A stretch of DNA of 64,000 nt from an uncultured delta proteobacterium. Its GTDB lineage: Bacteria; Myxococcota_A; Polyangia; Polyangiales; Polyangiaceae. The stretch spans positions 256,001-320,000 of the forward strand of contig CAVQUB010000009.1 of NCBI GenBank assembly GCA_963716725.1, written 5' to 3'. The translations under genes were made by a program, and so were the position numbers. Shown piece by piece: positions 10,182 to 22,949 of this stretch. Each line of letters starts with the position of its first letter. Position 1 is the first letter of the stretch. The notes beneath the pieces were generated by a model. The model worked only from the letters and a program-made list of their open reading frames with translations. It had not been told where the DNA came from and did no database searches.

Positions 10182-11015
10182 ATGACGACCCGCTCATTCG
10201 CCGTCGATCCGCGAGATCTCCGCGCACCCTCCGCCGAAGAGTGGGCGCGCATGTCGGATGCCGACCGCGCGCGCGCGGTCGATCAGCTCCCCTCGGAGTT
10301 GCCGCGCGAGGATCTACCCGAGGGGGATCCACACCGCGATCCGAAGGACAAAGCCCTCGAGGCGCTTCGCGAGTACTTCAGGCGTCAGGGGCGGCGCGTC
10401 TATCTGTCGGGCGAGCTGCCGATCTACTATCCGGGCGAAGGCGTGTTCGCGCCGGACCTGATCGCCGTGCTCGATGTCGAGCCGCATCCACGTCAGCGCT
10501 GGGTGGTGTCGGCTGAAGGCAAGGGTCTCGACTTTGCCCTCGAGATCACGCTCAGCGGCCATCGCAGGAAGGACCTCGAGACGAACGTCGACCGCTACGC
10601 GCGCCTGGGCATCCCCGAGTACTTCATCCTCGACTTGAAGCTGCGCCGCATCCTCGGCTATCGGCTCGACAAGCCGGGCCCGTACGAGTCCATTTTGCCT
10701 CAGCGCGGGCGCTGGTCCTCCCGCGTGCTGGGACTCGACCTCGCGCTCGAGTTGGGGCGTGTTCGTTTCTTCGCGGGGTCGGCGCCCTTGCCCCACTCCG
10801 AGGAGCTGATCGTCCGACTCGAGAGCATGCTCGGAGAGCTCGTTTCCAAGGAGCGTGCCCTGGCCGACGAGCTCGAGGTGGCGCTCGACCGCGCGGAAGC
10901 GGAGAAGGCCCGCGCGGAAGCGGAGAAAGCCCGCGCGGAGGAGGAGAGAGCCCGCGCGGATCGGCTGGCGGCACGCCTTCGAGACCTGGGCCTCGACGAC
11001 GAGTCGAAGAGCTAA
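10182..11015 (+). CDS. Uma2 family (PD-(D/E)xK) endonuclease with coiled-coil tail
   Basis: PEGDPH, FAPDL, LEITLS, RYARLGIPEYFILD; AEAEKAR repeats. Confidence 0.9.
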   Translation: MTTRSFAVDPRDLRAPSAEEWARMSDADRARAVDQLPSELPREDLPEGDPHRDPKDKALEALREYFRRQGRRVYLSGELPIYYPGEGVFAPDLIAVLDVEPHPRQRWVVSAEGKGLDFALEITLSGHRRKDLETNVDRYARLGIPEYFILDLKLRRILGYRLDKPGPYESILPQRGRWSSRVLGLDLALELGRVRFFAGSAPLPHSEELIVRLESMLGELVSKERALADELEVALDRAEAEKARAEAEKARAEEERARADRLAARLRDLGLDDESKS

Positions 11016-11107
11016 TCAGGCGGGGCAATGCGCGATGAACGAGGCCCGCTGGCGTGGACTGGTGACGAGCTTCGATTGGCGCTGAGGGGAGGCGGCGCGC
11101 TCTCGCT

Positions 11108-13099
11108 TCAGTCCTTCTTCGGCCCTTCGTCGTAGCCTCGAGGCCGATATTTCTTCTCGACGCCACCGTGCTCTTCGCCGCGCTGCACGATCTCGGTGGC
11201 AAAGTAGGCGAGCCAGGTCCCGGGGTGACGCTCGGCCATCTCCGTCAGCTGATCGTGACGAGCAGTGATGGCCTTCTTGTCCCACAAACACTGGAGGCCC
11301 AGGGCCAAGAGATTCGGATCGTTCGGGCCGAGCTCGAAGCCGGTTTGGTAGTGCGGCCAGGCTTCGTCGGGCTGGTTCATCCGGCACAATGTGTCGCCGT
11401 AGTACACATGAGCCATGGGCCACTGGGGAGCCAGGCGTTTGGCCTCGGCGTTGACCTCGAGCCGCTTGGGCAGGTTGCCCTCGTGGGCGCCGATCATCAC
11501 CGAGTAGTTCAGGTGGGCCTTGGCGCTGTTGGGCGACGCGCGCTGCGTGGCGCGCCAAAAGGTGAGGTCGCTGGTGTAGTCGAGGGCGTGCCAGCGCGCC
11601 TTCAGCCCCTGAAAGCCAAAGAAGCAAGCGATCATCACCACGGCAACTCGACGGAATCGCGTGCGCGTGCGCGCGATCGCGAAGGCGAACGCCGCGCCGA
11701 TCACCAGCGAGGTGCCCACCACGGGCAGGTACCAGAACCGCTCCGCCCGCACGGTGGGCAACAGCACGGGGATGTTCGAATGCGGGAAGTAGGCGATGGG
11801 GATCCACATCAACCCCACCGCCACGAGCAGGCTCGGCCAGAGTGTCGAGGCCGGATCCACCTCGCCCTGGCGTCGCGAACGTCGCTCCGCGCGCCAGGCT
11901 CGGAGCCAGATGATCAGCGAAGCCAAGGGCGGCGCGGCCATGGCGAGCCCCCCGAGCACGCTCTCGGGGAACAGCACCCTCGGCGGCGCGGGCTCTTGAG
12001 GGAAGGAGTAGTCGCCGGACAGCGACCAAGGGAAGACGACCTGGCCCAGCCCGCGGAAGTACACGCGCAGAGCGCCGGCAACGCGGTGGGGGAAGTCGGC
12101 GGTCACCAGCGGGTTGTTGATGGGGTCTTTGGGCAGCCGCGGCTGCTGGAACCAACGCATGAAGGAGTGCAGCGCGCGCTTGCCCATTGGCTCCGTCGCC
12201 GCGAGCGGCTGAGCAAGATCCGCGGGCAGCGCCACCGGGAAGAACTTCCGCCGGAAATAAGTGTAGGCCACCAGGGCGGCCACCGCCGCGCCCAGGGCCA
12301 GGGCCGCGCGCACGAATCGCAGGGGGCGTCCCGGGTGAAACGCCGGTGCCCAGATCAGCGCCGCGAATCCGACCAGGGGCACAGCGACGATCACGCTCTC
12401 CTTGCTGAAGAGCCCGAAGCTCAAGGCGACGAAGACCCCGAGCGGCATGCCCCAGAGTGGAAGCCTGAGGGCCGCGAGCGCGAGCAGTACACCTAGGCCT
12501 CCGAGCACATCGGCGATACCCACGACGCCCGTCACCGCCTCGGTGGTCACCGCGCTGATCACGAATGCGCCGCCCACCAGCCACGAGACGTCGCGGCGGC
12601 GCGTGAGCGAAAGCGCCAGGCTCGCGATCAGCGCGCCGTTCACCGCGTGCAGCACCACGTTCACCCAGTGGTGGAGCCAGGGCAGTTTGCTCAGATTCCA
12701 CAAGAGCCGCCAGATGATGTTCGGGATCGGGCGATAGGAGCCGATGGTGCGCTCGGGCAAGAGCCCCCAGAAATCGCGTTTGAACACCTCCCAGAAGGGG
12801 ATGTTCTTGGCGTTGACGTAGGGGTTGGCGAGCAACGCCTCTTGCTCGTCGAAGATGTAGTTCGAGGCCGGGCTTCGCACGAACAAGAGCGCGGCGAGGG
12901 CGAGGGCGGGCGTGAACGCGATCCAGAAGGTCGGATCTTGGTCGCGGAAGTAGCGAGCGATCCACTGGCCTGTGCGCCGCCACCACGCGAGGCGTGGCTC
13001 CATCGCCGGCGCCGGCATCGTGGCCGGTGCTCCGGGGTCGGGCGGCGCCGCGGGCGGCACCACCTCGATCAGGCTTTGTTCGGGTCCTCGATCGGCCAC
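11108..13099 (-). CDS. TMTC-like protein O-mannosyltransferase (GT-C) with TPR
   Basis: FDE, DFWG, SYRP, NVVLH, EAVTGVVG.AD, SKE, LSGDYS, AERFWYLP, PNSAKAHLN plus TPRs. Confidence 0.8.
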   Translation of the reverse strand: MADRGPEQSLIEVVPPAAPPDPGAPATMPAPAMEPRLAWWRRTGQWIARYFRDQDPTFWIAFTPALALAALLFVRSPASNYIFDEQEALLANPYVNAKNIPFWEVFKRDFWGLLPERTIGSYRPIPNIIWRLLWNLSKLPWLHHWVNVVLHAVNGALIASLALSLTRRRDVSWLVGGAFVISAVTTEAVTGVVGIADVLGGLGVLLALAALRLPLWGMPLGVFVALSFGLFSKESVIVAVPLVGFAALIWAPAFHPGRPLRFVRAALALGAAVAALVAYTYFRRKFFPVALPADLAQPLAATEPMGKRALHSFMRWFQQPRLPKDPINNPLVTADFPHRVAGALRVYFRGLGQVVFPWSLSGDYSFPQEPAPPRVLFPESVLGGLAMAAPPLASLIIWLRAWRAERRSRRQGEVDPASTLWPSLLVAVGLMWIPIAYFPHSNIPVLLPTVRAERFWYLPVVGTSLVIGAAFAFAIARTRTRFRRVAVVMIACFFGFQGLKARWHALDYTSDLTFWRATQRASPNSAKAHLNYSVMIGAHEGNLPKRLEVNAEAKRLAPQWPMAHVYYGDTLCRMNQPDEAWPHYQTGFELGPNDPNLLALGLQCLWDKKAITARHDQLTEMAERHPGTWLAYFATEIVQRGEEHGGVEKKYRPRGYDEGPKKD

Positions 13100-13878
13100 A
13101 CGTCGCCCCAGAGCGAGCTCCCGCCGTCGATGTAGTACGTGGAGCCGGTCACGAAGTCATTCTGATCGCTGGCGAGGAACACCACGACGCGGCTGACCTC
13201 CTCGACGGTGCCCAGTCGCATCAGCGGCGTCGCGCGGCGCGCGAGCTCGAGCGTCGCCTCGCCGTATTGCAGCGTCCCGCTCGAGCGGATGGTGCCCGGA
13301 GCGCAGGCGTTCACGCGGATGCCGAACTGCGCCCACTCGACAGCCAGAGTCTTGGTCATGTTCTCGACGCCGGCGCGCGCCGCGCCAGTGTGCACCATGC
13401 CCGGAAATCCCCGGGCAATGTCCGCGATCACGTTCACGATGCGCCCGCGTTTCTGGGGGATCATCGCCAGGTTCGCGGTGGCCAAGGTCATGAAGAAGAG
13501 GCCATTCAGGTTGTTGCGGATCACTGCCTCGAAGCCCCGGGGGCTGAGGTTCTGCGCGGGGCTCGGGAACTGGCCTCCGGCGTTGTTGACCAGAATGTCG
13601 ACCTTTCCAAGGGATTCGAGCACCTGCCGCACGAACGCTTCGCAGCTCTCGGCCTCCCGCACGTCGAGGGCAAAGCCGACGGCCTCGACCCCTTCGGAGC
13701 GGAGCGCCGCGAGACCCGCGTCGAGGTTCTCTTGCTTGCGACTGCCGATGGCGATCTTCGCCCCGAGAGAGCCAAGCTCACGGGCCACCTCCAGGCCGAT
13801 CCCGGTGCCACCACCGGTGACGATGGCCACCTGGTCAGCGAACAGGCCGGGCGCAAAGATGCTGCGGCTCGCAGACAC
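13069..13878 (-). CDS. SDR oxidoreductase (2,4-dienoyl-CoA / trans-2-enoyl-CoA reductase-like)
   Basis: TGGGTGIG, NNAGGQF, HTGAARAGV, LAVEWA, IDGG. Confidence 0.9.
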   Translation of the reverse strand: MSASRSIFAPGLFADQVAIVTGGGTGIGLEVARELGSLGAKIAIGSRKQENLDAGLAALRSEGVEAVGFALDVREAESCEAFVRQVLESLGKVDILVNNAGGQFPSPAQNLSPRGFEAVIRNNLNGLFFMTLATANLAMIPQKRGRIVNVIADIARGFPGMVHTGAARAGVENMTKTLAVEWAQFGIRVNACAPGTIRSSGTLQYGEATLELARRATPLMRLGTVEEVSRVVVFLASDQNDFVTGSTYYIDGGSSLWGDVWPIEDPNKA

Positions 13879-13991
13879 GGGCGCATCGACTACACCGATC
13901 TGCCGGCGGACGCCACCGCGGGACCGGAAAACCTGCACGAGCAGCCGAGCCGTGCGATGGTGAATGGCTGCCCCTCGGGGAGGGGGGGGCC

Positions 13992-16007
13992 ATGATCGAA
14001 CCGCCATCAACCGAACAGCGTGACTCGGACGCGGCGCGGAAGGCCGCGTTTGCAGCCCTGCTCCATGCGCTGCCCTTCGAGGCGTCGCTCGTCAACGACC
14101 GTCACGAGGTGGTCGCGGGCGCGCCAATCGCCAATCAGGCCGGAACGGTCTGCGGATGCCCGCTGGCCGCTGTGGCGGCCAGCGGAAAGCCTGCGACGCG
14201 GGTGGTCCACGCAGAAAGCTCCGGCCGCTGGCTCGAGTGCTCGGTGTACCCGACCGACCTCGCACACGGGGGTCAGACTCGCCTCTATCTGCACGTCGTG
14301 TCCGACGTGACGGAAAGCCGTGCCACCCATCGCCTGCTCGAACGCAGTCGAGAGCATCAGGGAGCCTTGCTCGGGCTGCTGGAGCGCACGCACTCCTGTG
14401 AGAGCGCCGAGCAAGTGGTGCGCGAAATCGTCGATCAGATGTCGGGGATCTCGTGGATGGGCCTCTCTTCGGGAGCCGCCGCCTTCTTGGCGCATGGCGA
14501 TGTGCTGCGCCTGGTCTACCACCGACGACTCGACCCTGCGGTGGTCGAGCGCTGCGCGCGAGTGCCCTTCGGCGAGTGCTTCTGCGGTCGAGCCGCCAAT
14601 CCCCGAACGGCCACCCTTCACGGAAAGCTGAGGGACGAACACAGCGCTCGCTTCGACCACGTGGATGACCGCGGGCACGTCCTCTTGCCCTTGACCGAAC
14701 AGGGAGAAACCCTCGGAGTCCTCGCCTTCTTCTTTCCTTCTGGCCAGGCCCTCGACCCGGAGCGCTCTCAGTTCCTCGACGCGGTCGCGCGGCTCGGCAG
14801 CGAGGCGCTCAATCGAATCCAGCTGCGCTCCAAGCTACTACAGGCCGATCGCATGGCGACGGCCGGCATCCTCGCCGCCAGCGTCGCTCACGAGGTCAGA
14901 AACCCGCTCACCTACGTCCTGTTCAACGTCGAGACCCTCGAAGCCGAGCTCGCCAAGCTCGCTGGCGCCGGGGCGGCGTCGCACCCGGAGCTGATCACCG
15001 CCGATTTTCTGGCCCAGGCGCACGACCTGCGGGAGATGGCGCGAGACGCCCTCGAGGGCGCGAGACGCATCCGGGCGATCGTCGATGACCTGAAGATCTT
15101 CGCGCGCCAAGACGAGAGCGAGCGGGTAGCGGTGGACGTGAACGAGGCAGCGGCCAGCGCGCTCCGCTTGACCGCGAACGAGGCCAGGTTCCGGGCTCGA
15201 ATCGAGCAAGACTTCCAGGAACTGGCGCCGGTCCTCGGCAGCGCCGGTCGCGTGGGCCAGGTCCTGCTAAACTTGGTGATCAATGCGGCTCAGGCCATCG
15301 CGCCCGGGTCACCGAGCGAAAACCTCGTGCGGGTGAGGACCCGCCAGGACGGCGACTGGGTGAACATCGAGGTCACCGACAGCGGGTCGGGCATTGCACC
15401 GGAGAATCTGCCGCGGATCTTCGCGCCCTTCTTCACTACCAAGCAGGCTGGCGTCGGGACGGGACTGGGTCTGGCGATCTGTAGAGACCTCGTGGTGGAG
15501 ATGGGCGGGACGATCGACGTCGAGAGCACCGTCGGGGCGGGAACCACCTTCCGTGTGCGGCTGCCGAGCATGGCGCAAACACCGACGACGCGCCCTCCAG
15601 CCGCCAACGTCGTTTCGGAGCCCACCACCGGGCCCCGGCCTCGGGTGCTGCTGGTCGATGACGACACCCACGTGTCCGCGTCCATCGCGCGCATGTTGCG
15701 GGGCCGCTTCGACGTCGTCCTGGCGGAATCGGCGCGCGCCGCCCTGGACCTGCTCGACGGCGGCCAAGGCTTCGACGCCGTGGTCTCCGATCTGATGATG
15801 CCGAACATGAGCGGCATGGAGTTCTTCGCCGAACTCCGGCGAACTCGGCCCGAGCTCGCGGCACAAACGCTGTTCGTCACGGGCGGCTCGAGATCAGCGG
15901 AGGTCCGCGACTTTCTGGAGCGTTGCGGCCGTCCTTGGCTCGATAAGCCCCTGGACTCCAAGGCGTTGCTCAGCGCGCTAGCGCAACTGACGGCGAACGC
16001 GGGCTGA
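13992..16007 (+). CDS. Hybrid sensor histidine kinase (GAF-HisKA-HATPase-REC)
   Basis: AHEVRNP, NLVINA, DSGSG, FFTTK, GTGLGL; receiver LVDDD..SDLMMP. Confidence 0.92.
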   Translation: MIEPPSTEQRDSDAARKAAFAALLHALPFEASLVNDRHEVVAGAPIANQAGTVCGCPLAAVAASGKPATRVVHAESSGRWLECSVYPTDLAHGGQTRLYLHVVSDVTESRATHRLLERSREHQGALLGLLERTHSCESAEQVVREIVDQMSGISWMGLSSGAAAFLAHGDVLRLVYHRRLDPAVVERCARVPFGECFCGRAANPRTATLHGKLRDEHSARFDHVDDRGHVLLPLTEQGETLGVLAFFFPSGQALDPERSQFLDAVARLGSEALNRIQLRSKLLQADRMATAGILAASVAHEVRNPLTYVLFNVETLEAELAKLAGAGAASHPELITADFLAQAHDLREMARDALEGARRIRAIVDDLKIFARQDESERVAVDVNEAAASALRLTANEARFRARIEQDFQELAPVLGSAGRVGQVLLNLVINAAQAIAPGSPSENLVRVRTRQDGDWVNIEVTDSGSGIAPENLPRIFAPFFTTKQAGVGTGLGLAICRDLVVEMGGTIDVESTVGAGTTFRVRLPSMAQTPTTRPPAANVVSEPTTGPRPRVLLVDDDTHVSASIARMLRGRFDVVLAESARAALDLLDGGQGFDAVVSDLMMPNMSGMEFFAELRRTRPELAAQTLFVTGGSRSAEVRDFLERCGRPWLDKPLDSKALLSALAQLTANAG

Positions 16008-16031
16008 GCACGCCAAGCTCGCGCCGACCGC

Positions 16032-17951
16032 TCAAGACCTGCCCAGCACGCTTTCGATGGTCTCGATCAGCCGGTGCGCGGGCACGGGTTTTTCGAGCAC
16101 CGCGTCGGCACCCTCCATGGCCGAGGGGAAGCCGCTGAAACAGATGATCTTCAGCCGAGGCTCGAGCCCCCGGATGGCGCGCAAGGCCGCGCGCCCCGCC
16201 AGCCGGGGCATGGACTGATCGAGCAGCACCACGCTGTAGCGACCGGCGGCAGCGCGGACCCGCTCGATGGCGTCGATGCCATCCACCGCGGTGTCTACGG
16301 CATAGCCCGCGCTCGCCAGCATCTCGGTCATGAGATCGCGGATCATCGGCTCGTCGTCGACGACCAGCACTCGCTCGCCCCGACCGCTGACCGGCAGAGC
16401 CGCTCGCTCGCTGTCCGCCGCTGTCATTGGCGCGGGCTCCGCGGGCAGCAAGAGGTGAACCCGCGTGCCCAGACCCAGGGTGGACCGACACTCTGCGCGC
16501 CCGCCGTGCTCACGCACGATGGCGTAGGTCGTCGCGAGCCCGAGGCCCGTGCCGCGACCCGGCTCTTTGGTGGTGAAGAAGGGCTCGAATGCGCGCTGTC
16601 GCACCTCCTCGCTCATGCCCTGGCCGTTGTCCGAAACGGAGATGCGGATCTCGTCGCCGCGCGTCTCGTCGCCGCGCAAGCGTTCGACGCTGATCTGGAT
16701 CTCGGGGGCCGATCCGTCGCGTTCGTCGAGCGCGTCCCGCGCATTGATCAGGACGTTGAGCAACGCTTGCTCGATCTGACCGGCGTCGCAGCGCACGGCA
16801 GGCAGATCCGGCGCCAAGCTAAGCCCAAGCGCGAGCTCGTTGCCGAAAGTCCTGCGGCTCATGTCGACGGTGCGCCGCACCAGGGCCCCAATGTCCTCGG
16901 CCTTGTGGCCCGCGTTCTTGCTCTTGCCCGAGAACACCAGCAGCTGTCGCACCATCTGCGCCGCCTTCAGCGCGGCTTCTTGCCCGCCTCGGAGCAGATC
17001 GGCGAGATCGCCTTCGCTGCGGCGCCCCGCCAGCTCCATGCTGGACAGCATGACCGTCAGCATGTTGTTGAAATTGTGGGCTATGCCCGCCGCCAGCTGG
17101 CCCACCGCATCCATCTTCTGGGCCTGCAGCAGCTGCTCTTGGAGCTGATGCCGATCGGTGACGTCGAGCACGCCGCCGAGCAAGCGCTGCGCCTGTCCGT
17201 CGAGATCGAGCTCGACGCGTCCTTTGCAGATGACCCACCGCAGCTCGCCGCTGGGTCGAACGATCCGGTGCTCGATGCCGTCGAAGTGGCCCGTGCGGAG
17301 CGCCGCGCCGACGTTGTCCCCGACGCGTTCGCGATCGAGGGGAGATACGAGCCCGAGGTAGGCGTCGATGGAGTCCGGCGTGCTGGGCACGCCGAAAATC
17401 TCACAGGTCGCCGCGTCCCAGGTCAGCGCGTCGCTCTCGCGCTGCCAGCTCCAGAGCCCGACGCCCGACGCGGACAAGGCCACGTCGAGCTTCTCGGCGC
17501 TCTCGAACATGGTGGTGACGTCCGTCGCGATCATCACCAGCGACTCGATCTCGTCGCCACGCTTGAGCGGTGAGATACGCGTCAGGTATCGGGCGAGCTT
17601 TCCATAGGCACCGAGCCCGACCGACGCGTAGGAGTCGGGCTGCCCTGTCTGCATCACGCGCTCGATGCTCCGGCGCGAGATCTCCTCGGATTCCGCTGGG
17701 ACGAAGCTGTAGATGCTCGCACCGACCACCTCGGACATCGTCAGGCCCGGCGCGACGCGGTTGACGAAATGGATGATCCCGTCCGGGCTCAGCTTGATCA
17801 CGAAGTCGGGGACGGTGTCCAAGATCGAGCGCAACAAGACCTCGGCAAAGCGCGAATCCGAGACTCGCGTCTCGGCCTGCGCCAGCTGCGCCTGCAGGCG
17901 TCGAACCTGCTCCTCCAGCTCGACCACGCGCGTGTCTTCGGAGAGCCCCAC
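16032..17951 (-). CDS. Hybrid sensor histidine kinase (PAS-PAS-HisKA-HATPase-REC)
   Basis: [21 protein letters not shown], receiver VVDDE..LDQSMP; start uncertain (17951/17981/17999). Confidence 0.9.
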   Translation of the reverse strand: MGLSEDTRVVELEEQVRRLQAQLAQAETRVSDSRFAEVLLRSILDTVPDFVIKLSPDGIIHFVNRVAPGLTMSEVVGASIYSFVPAESEEISRRSIERVMQTGQPDSYASVGLGAYGKLARYLTRISPLKRGDEIESLVMIATDVTTMFESAEKLDVALSASGVGLWSWQRESDALTWDAATCEIFGVPSTPDSIDAYLGLVSPLDRERVGDNVGAALRTGHFDGIEHRIVRPSGELRWVICKGRVELDLDGQAQRLLGGVLDVTDRHQLQEQLLQAQKMDAVGQLAAGIAHNFNNMLTVMLSSMELAGRRSEGDLADLLRGGQEAALKAAQMVRQLLVFSGKSKNAGHKAEDIGALVRRTVDMSRRTFGNELALGLSLAPDLPAVRCDAGQIEQALLNVLINARDALDERDGSAPEIQISVERLRGDETRGDEIRISVSDNGQGMSEEVRQRAFEPFFTTKEPGRGTGLGLATTYAIVREHGGRAECRSTLGLGTRVHLLLPAEPAPMTAADSERAALPVSGRGERVLVVDDEPMIRDLMTEMLASAGYAVDTAVDGIDAIERVRAAAGRYSVVLLDQSMPRLAGRAALRAIRGLEPRLKIICFSGFPSAMEGADAVLEKPVPAHRLIETIESVLGRS

Positions 17952-18028
17952 CGAGGCAGAGTACCCAATTATTCGCGCCATTGGCAGGGCTCGCGGCAAG
18001 CCCGGTCGGGTGCTACGGATCTCTGCCC

Positions 18029-18736
18029 ATGATCGACCCCCCAGCGCTGCCGATGGACCTCGTCGGCGCCAGCCCGGGCGCCATCGTCAAGCGGGCATTG
18101 GCGGAGCACGGCTCTGACGTCGCCATCAGCTTCAGCGGCGCCGAAGACGTGCTCTTGATCGAGCTCGCCCAGCAGTCGGGGCTCCCGTATCGGGTGTTCA
18201 GCCTCGACACCGGGCGCCTGCATCCGGAGACCCACCGCTTCTTCGACGCGGTGGAGAAACACTACGGAATCCGCATCGAATATTGCCTGCCGGACGGAGC
18301 GCTCGTTCAGGACTTGGTGCGCAAGAAGGGCTTGTTCTCGTTCTTCCGAGACGGCCACGCCGAGTGCTGCGATCTGCGAAAGGTCGGGCCGCTGAGGCGC
18401 CAGCTCGCCACGCTGAGTGCGTGGATTACCGGACAGCGCCGCGACCAGAGCCCGACCCGCTCGCACCTGCCGATTGTGCAGCACGACCCAGCCTTCTTGG
18501 GCAAGGGAGGGACCCCGCTCGTCAAATACAACCCCCTGGCCGAGGTCGGCCGCGACGAGGTATGGGCCAGCCTCGAGGGCTTTGGCGTTCCGCACAACGA
18601 GCTGCACGAACGCGGCATGATCAGCATTGGCTGCGAGCCCTGCACGCGGGCTGTCTTGCCGGGACAACACGAACGAGACGGTCGTTGGTGGTGGGAGCGG
18701 GGCAGCGACAAAGAGTGCGGGCTGCACAAGCGCTAG
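18029..18736 (+). CDS. cysH: (Phospho)adenylyl-sulfate reductase, Fe-S (APS reductase) type
   Basis: [32 protein letters not shown]. Confidence 0.95.
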   Translation: MIDPPALPMDLVGASPGAIVKRALAEHGSDVAISFSGAEDVLLIELAQQSGLPYRVFSLDTGRLHPETHRFFDAVEKHYGIRIEYCLPDGALVQDLVRKKGLFSFFRDGHAECCDLRKVGPLRRQLATLSAWITGQRRDQSPTRSHLPIVQHDPAFLGKGGTPLVKYNPLAEVGRDEVWASLEGFGVPHNELHERGMISIGCEPCTRAVLPGQHERDGRWWWERGSDKECGLHKR

Positions 18737-18742
18737 TCGCCA

Positions 18743-21625
<2,883 letters not shown>

Positions 21626-21645
21626 CCGTCCTGGTCTTCCCCGCG

Positions 21646-21813
21646 CTAGTGCGCGTCGCCGTAGGCGACGAAGATCGCGACGCAGAACAGCACCAGCGCG
21701 ATCACCATCCCGCCGAGCACGAGCCATTTCTTGGTCCGGCGCTCGTGGTTCATCACTCGGATCGATTCGCGCACCTCACGGTCAACCTCTTCGGACGCGT
21801 TGGAATCTTCCAT
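21646..21813 (-). CDS. Small single-TM membrane protein (55 aa)
   Basis: GGAGG SD before ATG; MEDSNASEE...WLVLGGMVIALVLFCVAIFVAYGDAH. Confidence 0.7.
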   Translation of the reverse strand: MEDSNASEEVDREVRESIRVMNHERRTKKWLVLGGMVIALVLFCVAIFVAYGDAH

Positions 21814-22153
21814 TGTCCCTCCCTGCGCACACCCCAGCACGGTCGGGTCCGGGTGGATAGCCACGCTGCGGCCAAGGCCGGAGCGGCCCTTCGCAGCTGG
21901 GATCGACCGCTTCAGCGGCCCATCGGCGGCGCAGTGACGCCGCGGGCGCGCAGCAGGTGCCGGTGAACACCGCGGGAGAGGCCAACGCGTGCAACCAGGC
22001 CGCGCAAGCTCAGTGCGACGCAAACATGCAGGTGGCCGCCGTGGCGGGCGGAGCTCTCTGCGCACCCAGGTGCCGCTGCTGTTCGGGCTGCGCTCCGGCG
22101 GCGGCGCCGACGACGTCGTCGTCTGCCTGGTGCCGCTCATGGGGATCGATGCC

Positions 22154-22939
22154 TCAGTCCATGGCCAACCGGATGCCGAATGCGCCACCCTCATCTCCAG
22201 GACCGGCCAGACGCCCGTGTGCGTCACGGAGCCCGGCGAAGAGCGCAGCGAGCCGCTGGTACGACAGCGAATTTTCCGTGTGCACAATCACGCCGATCGT
22301 CGGATCGGCGCGCAGGTCACGCCGCAGAAACCGACTCACGATCGCGCGGTGAACCGCGGTGCGAAGCCCCGCCGCGTCGCCAGCCTCGAGACGATCCTCG
22401 GTGAACACGACTCCGCCGCGCTCTTCGACCACCTGGAGCGCGTCGTCTTGCAAGCGCAAATGCAAAGCGACCCGAGGTGTACCTGACGTCTCGTGCGGCA
22501 GGCCGGGAACGATAGCGCCGACGGGCAGGAGATTCGAACCGCCGCCGACTCCGCCCCCGATCTCGACCAAGGCGGGGTATCCCGCGAACGCCACGGTCTG
22601 AAACACCGACTTGAAGGCCACCGCCGGCGTCGCCGAGTCGACGACGATGGTCGCCCGACCCGAGAATGGCTTCGCCGGGTTTGCCACTTTGAACAGCTCG
22701 CGCGCCATCTTCAGTTCATCGAACAGCTCGTTGATCTTTTGTACGCGACCGATCTCTTCGCTCGTGCGAGTCGACCCCGCGGCTTTGCCGTCGACCAACA
22801 CTTGCGATCCTTGCAGGCGCACGACCGGGCCGTTCGCCGATCGCTCCGATGGGTCCGCGCTGCCGCCACTCCTGGACTTCGAGCAGGCCGGAGCAGCAAG
22901 AAAGACACCTAACAACAGGACGTGGAGGATGCGCTTCAC
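22154..22939 (-). CDS. Lipoprotein with ExbD/TolR (AglS/AglQ-like) periplasmic domain(s)
   Basis: Signal ending APAC; ELFDELK..FSGRATIVVDSATPAVAFKSVFQTVAFAGY; second weaker copy VIVHTENSLSYQRL. Confidence 0.6.
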   Translation of the reverse strand: MKRILHVLLLGVFLAAPACSKSRSGGSADPSERSANGPVVRLQGSQVLVDGKAAGSTRTSEEIGRVQKINELFDELKMARELFKVANPAKPFSGRATIVVDSATPAVAFKSVFQTVAFAGYPALVEIGGGVGGGSNLLPVGAIVPGLPHETSGTPRVALHLRLQDDALQVVEERGGVVFTEDRLEAGDAAGLRTAVHRAIVSRFLRRDLRADPTIGVIVHTENSLSYQRLAALFAGLRDAHGRLAGPGDEGGAFGIRLAMD

Positions 22940-22949
22940 GGGTTCTTCC

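Noticed and set aside
10182..11015. Uma2 nuclease as a defence system
   Set aside because: Solitary, and this family is commonly expanded in myxobacteria; no methylase or defence neighbours
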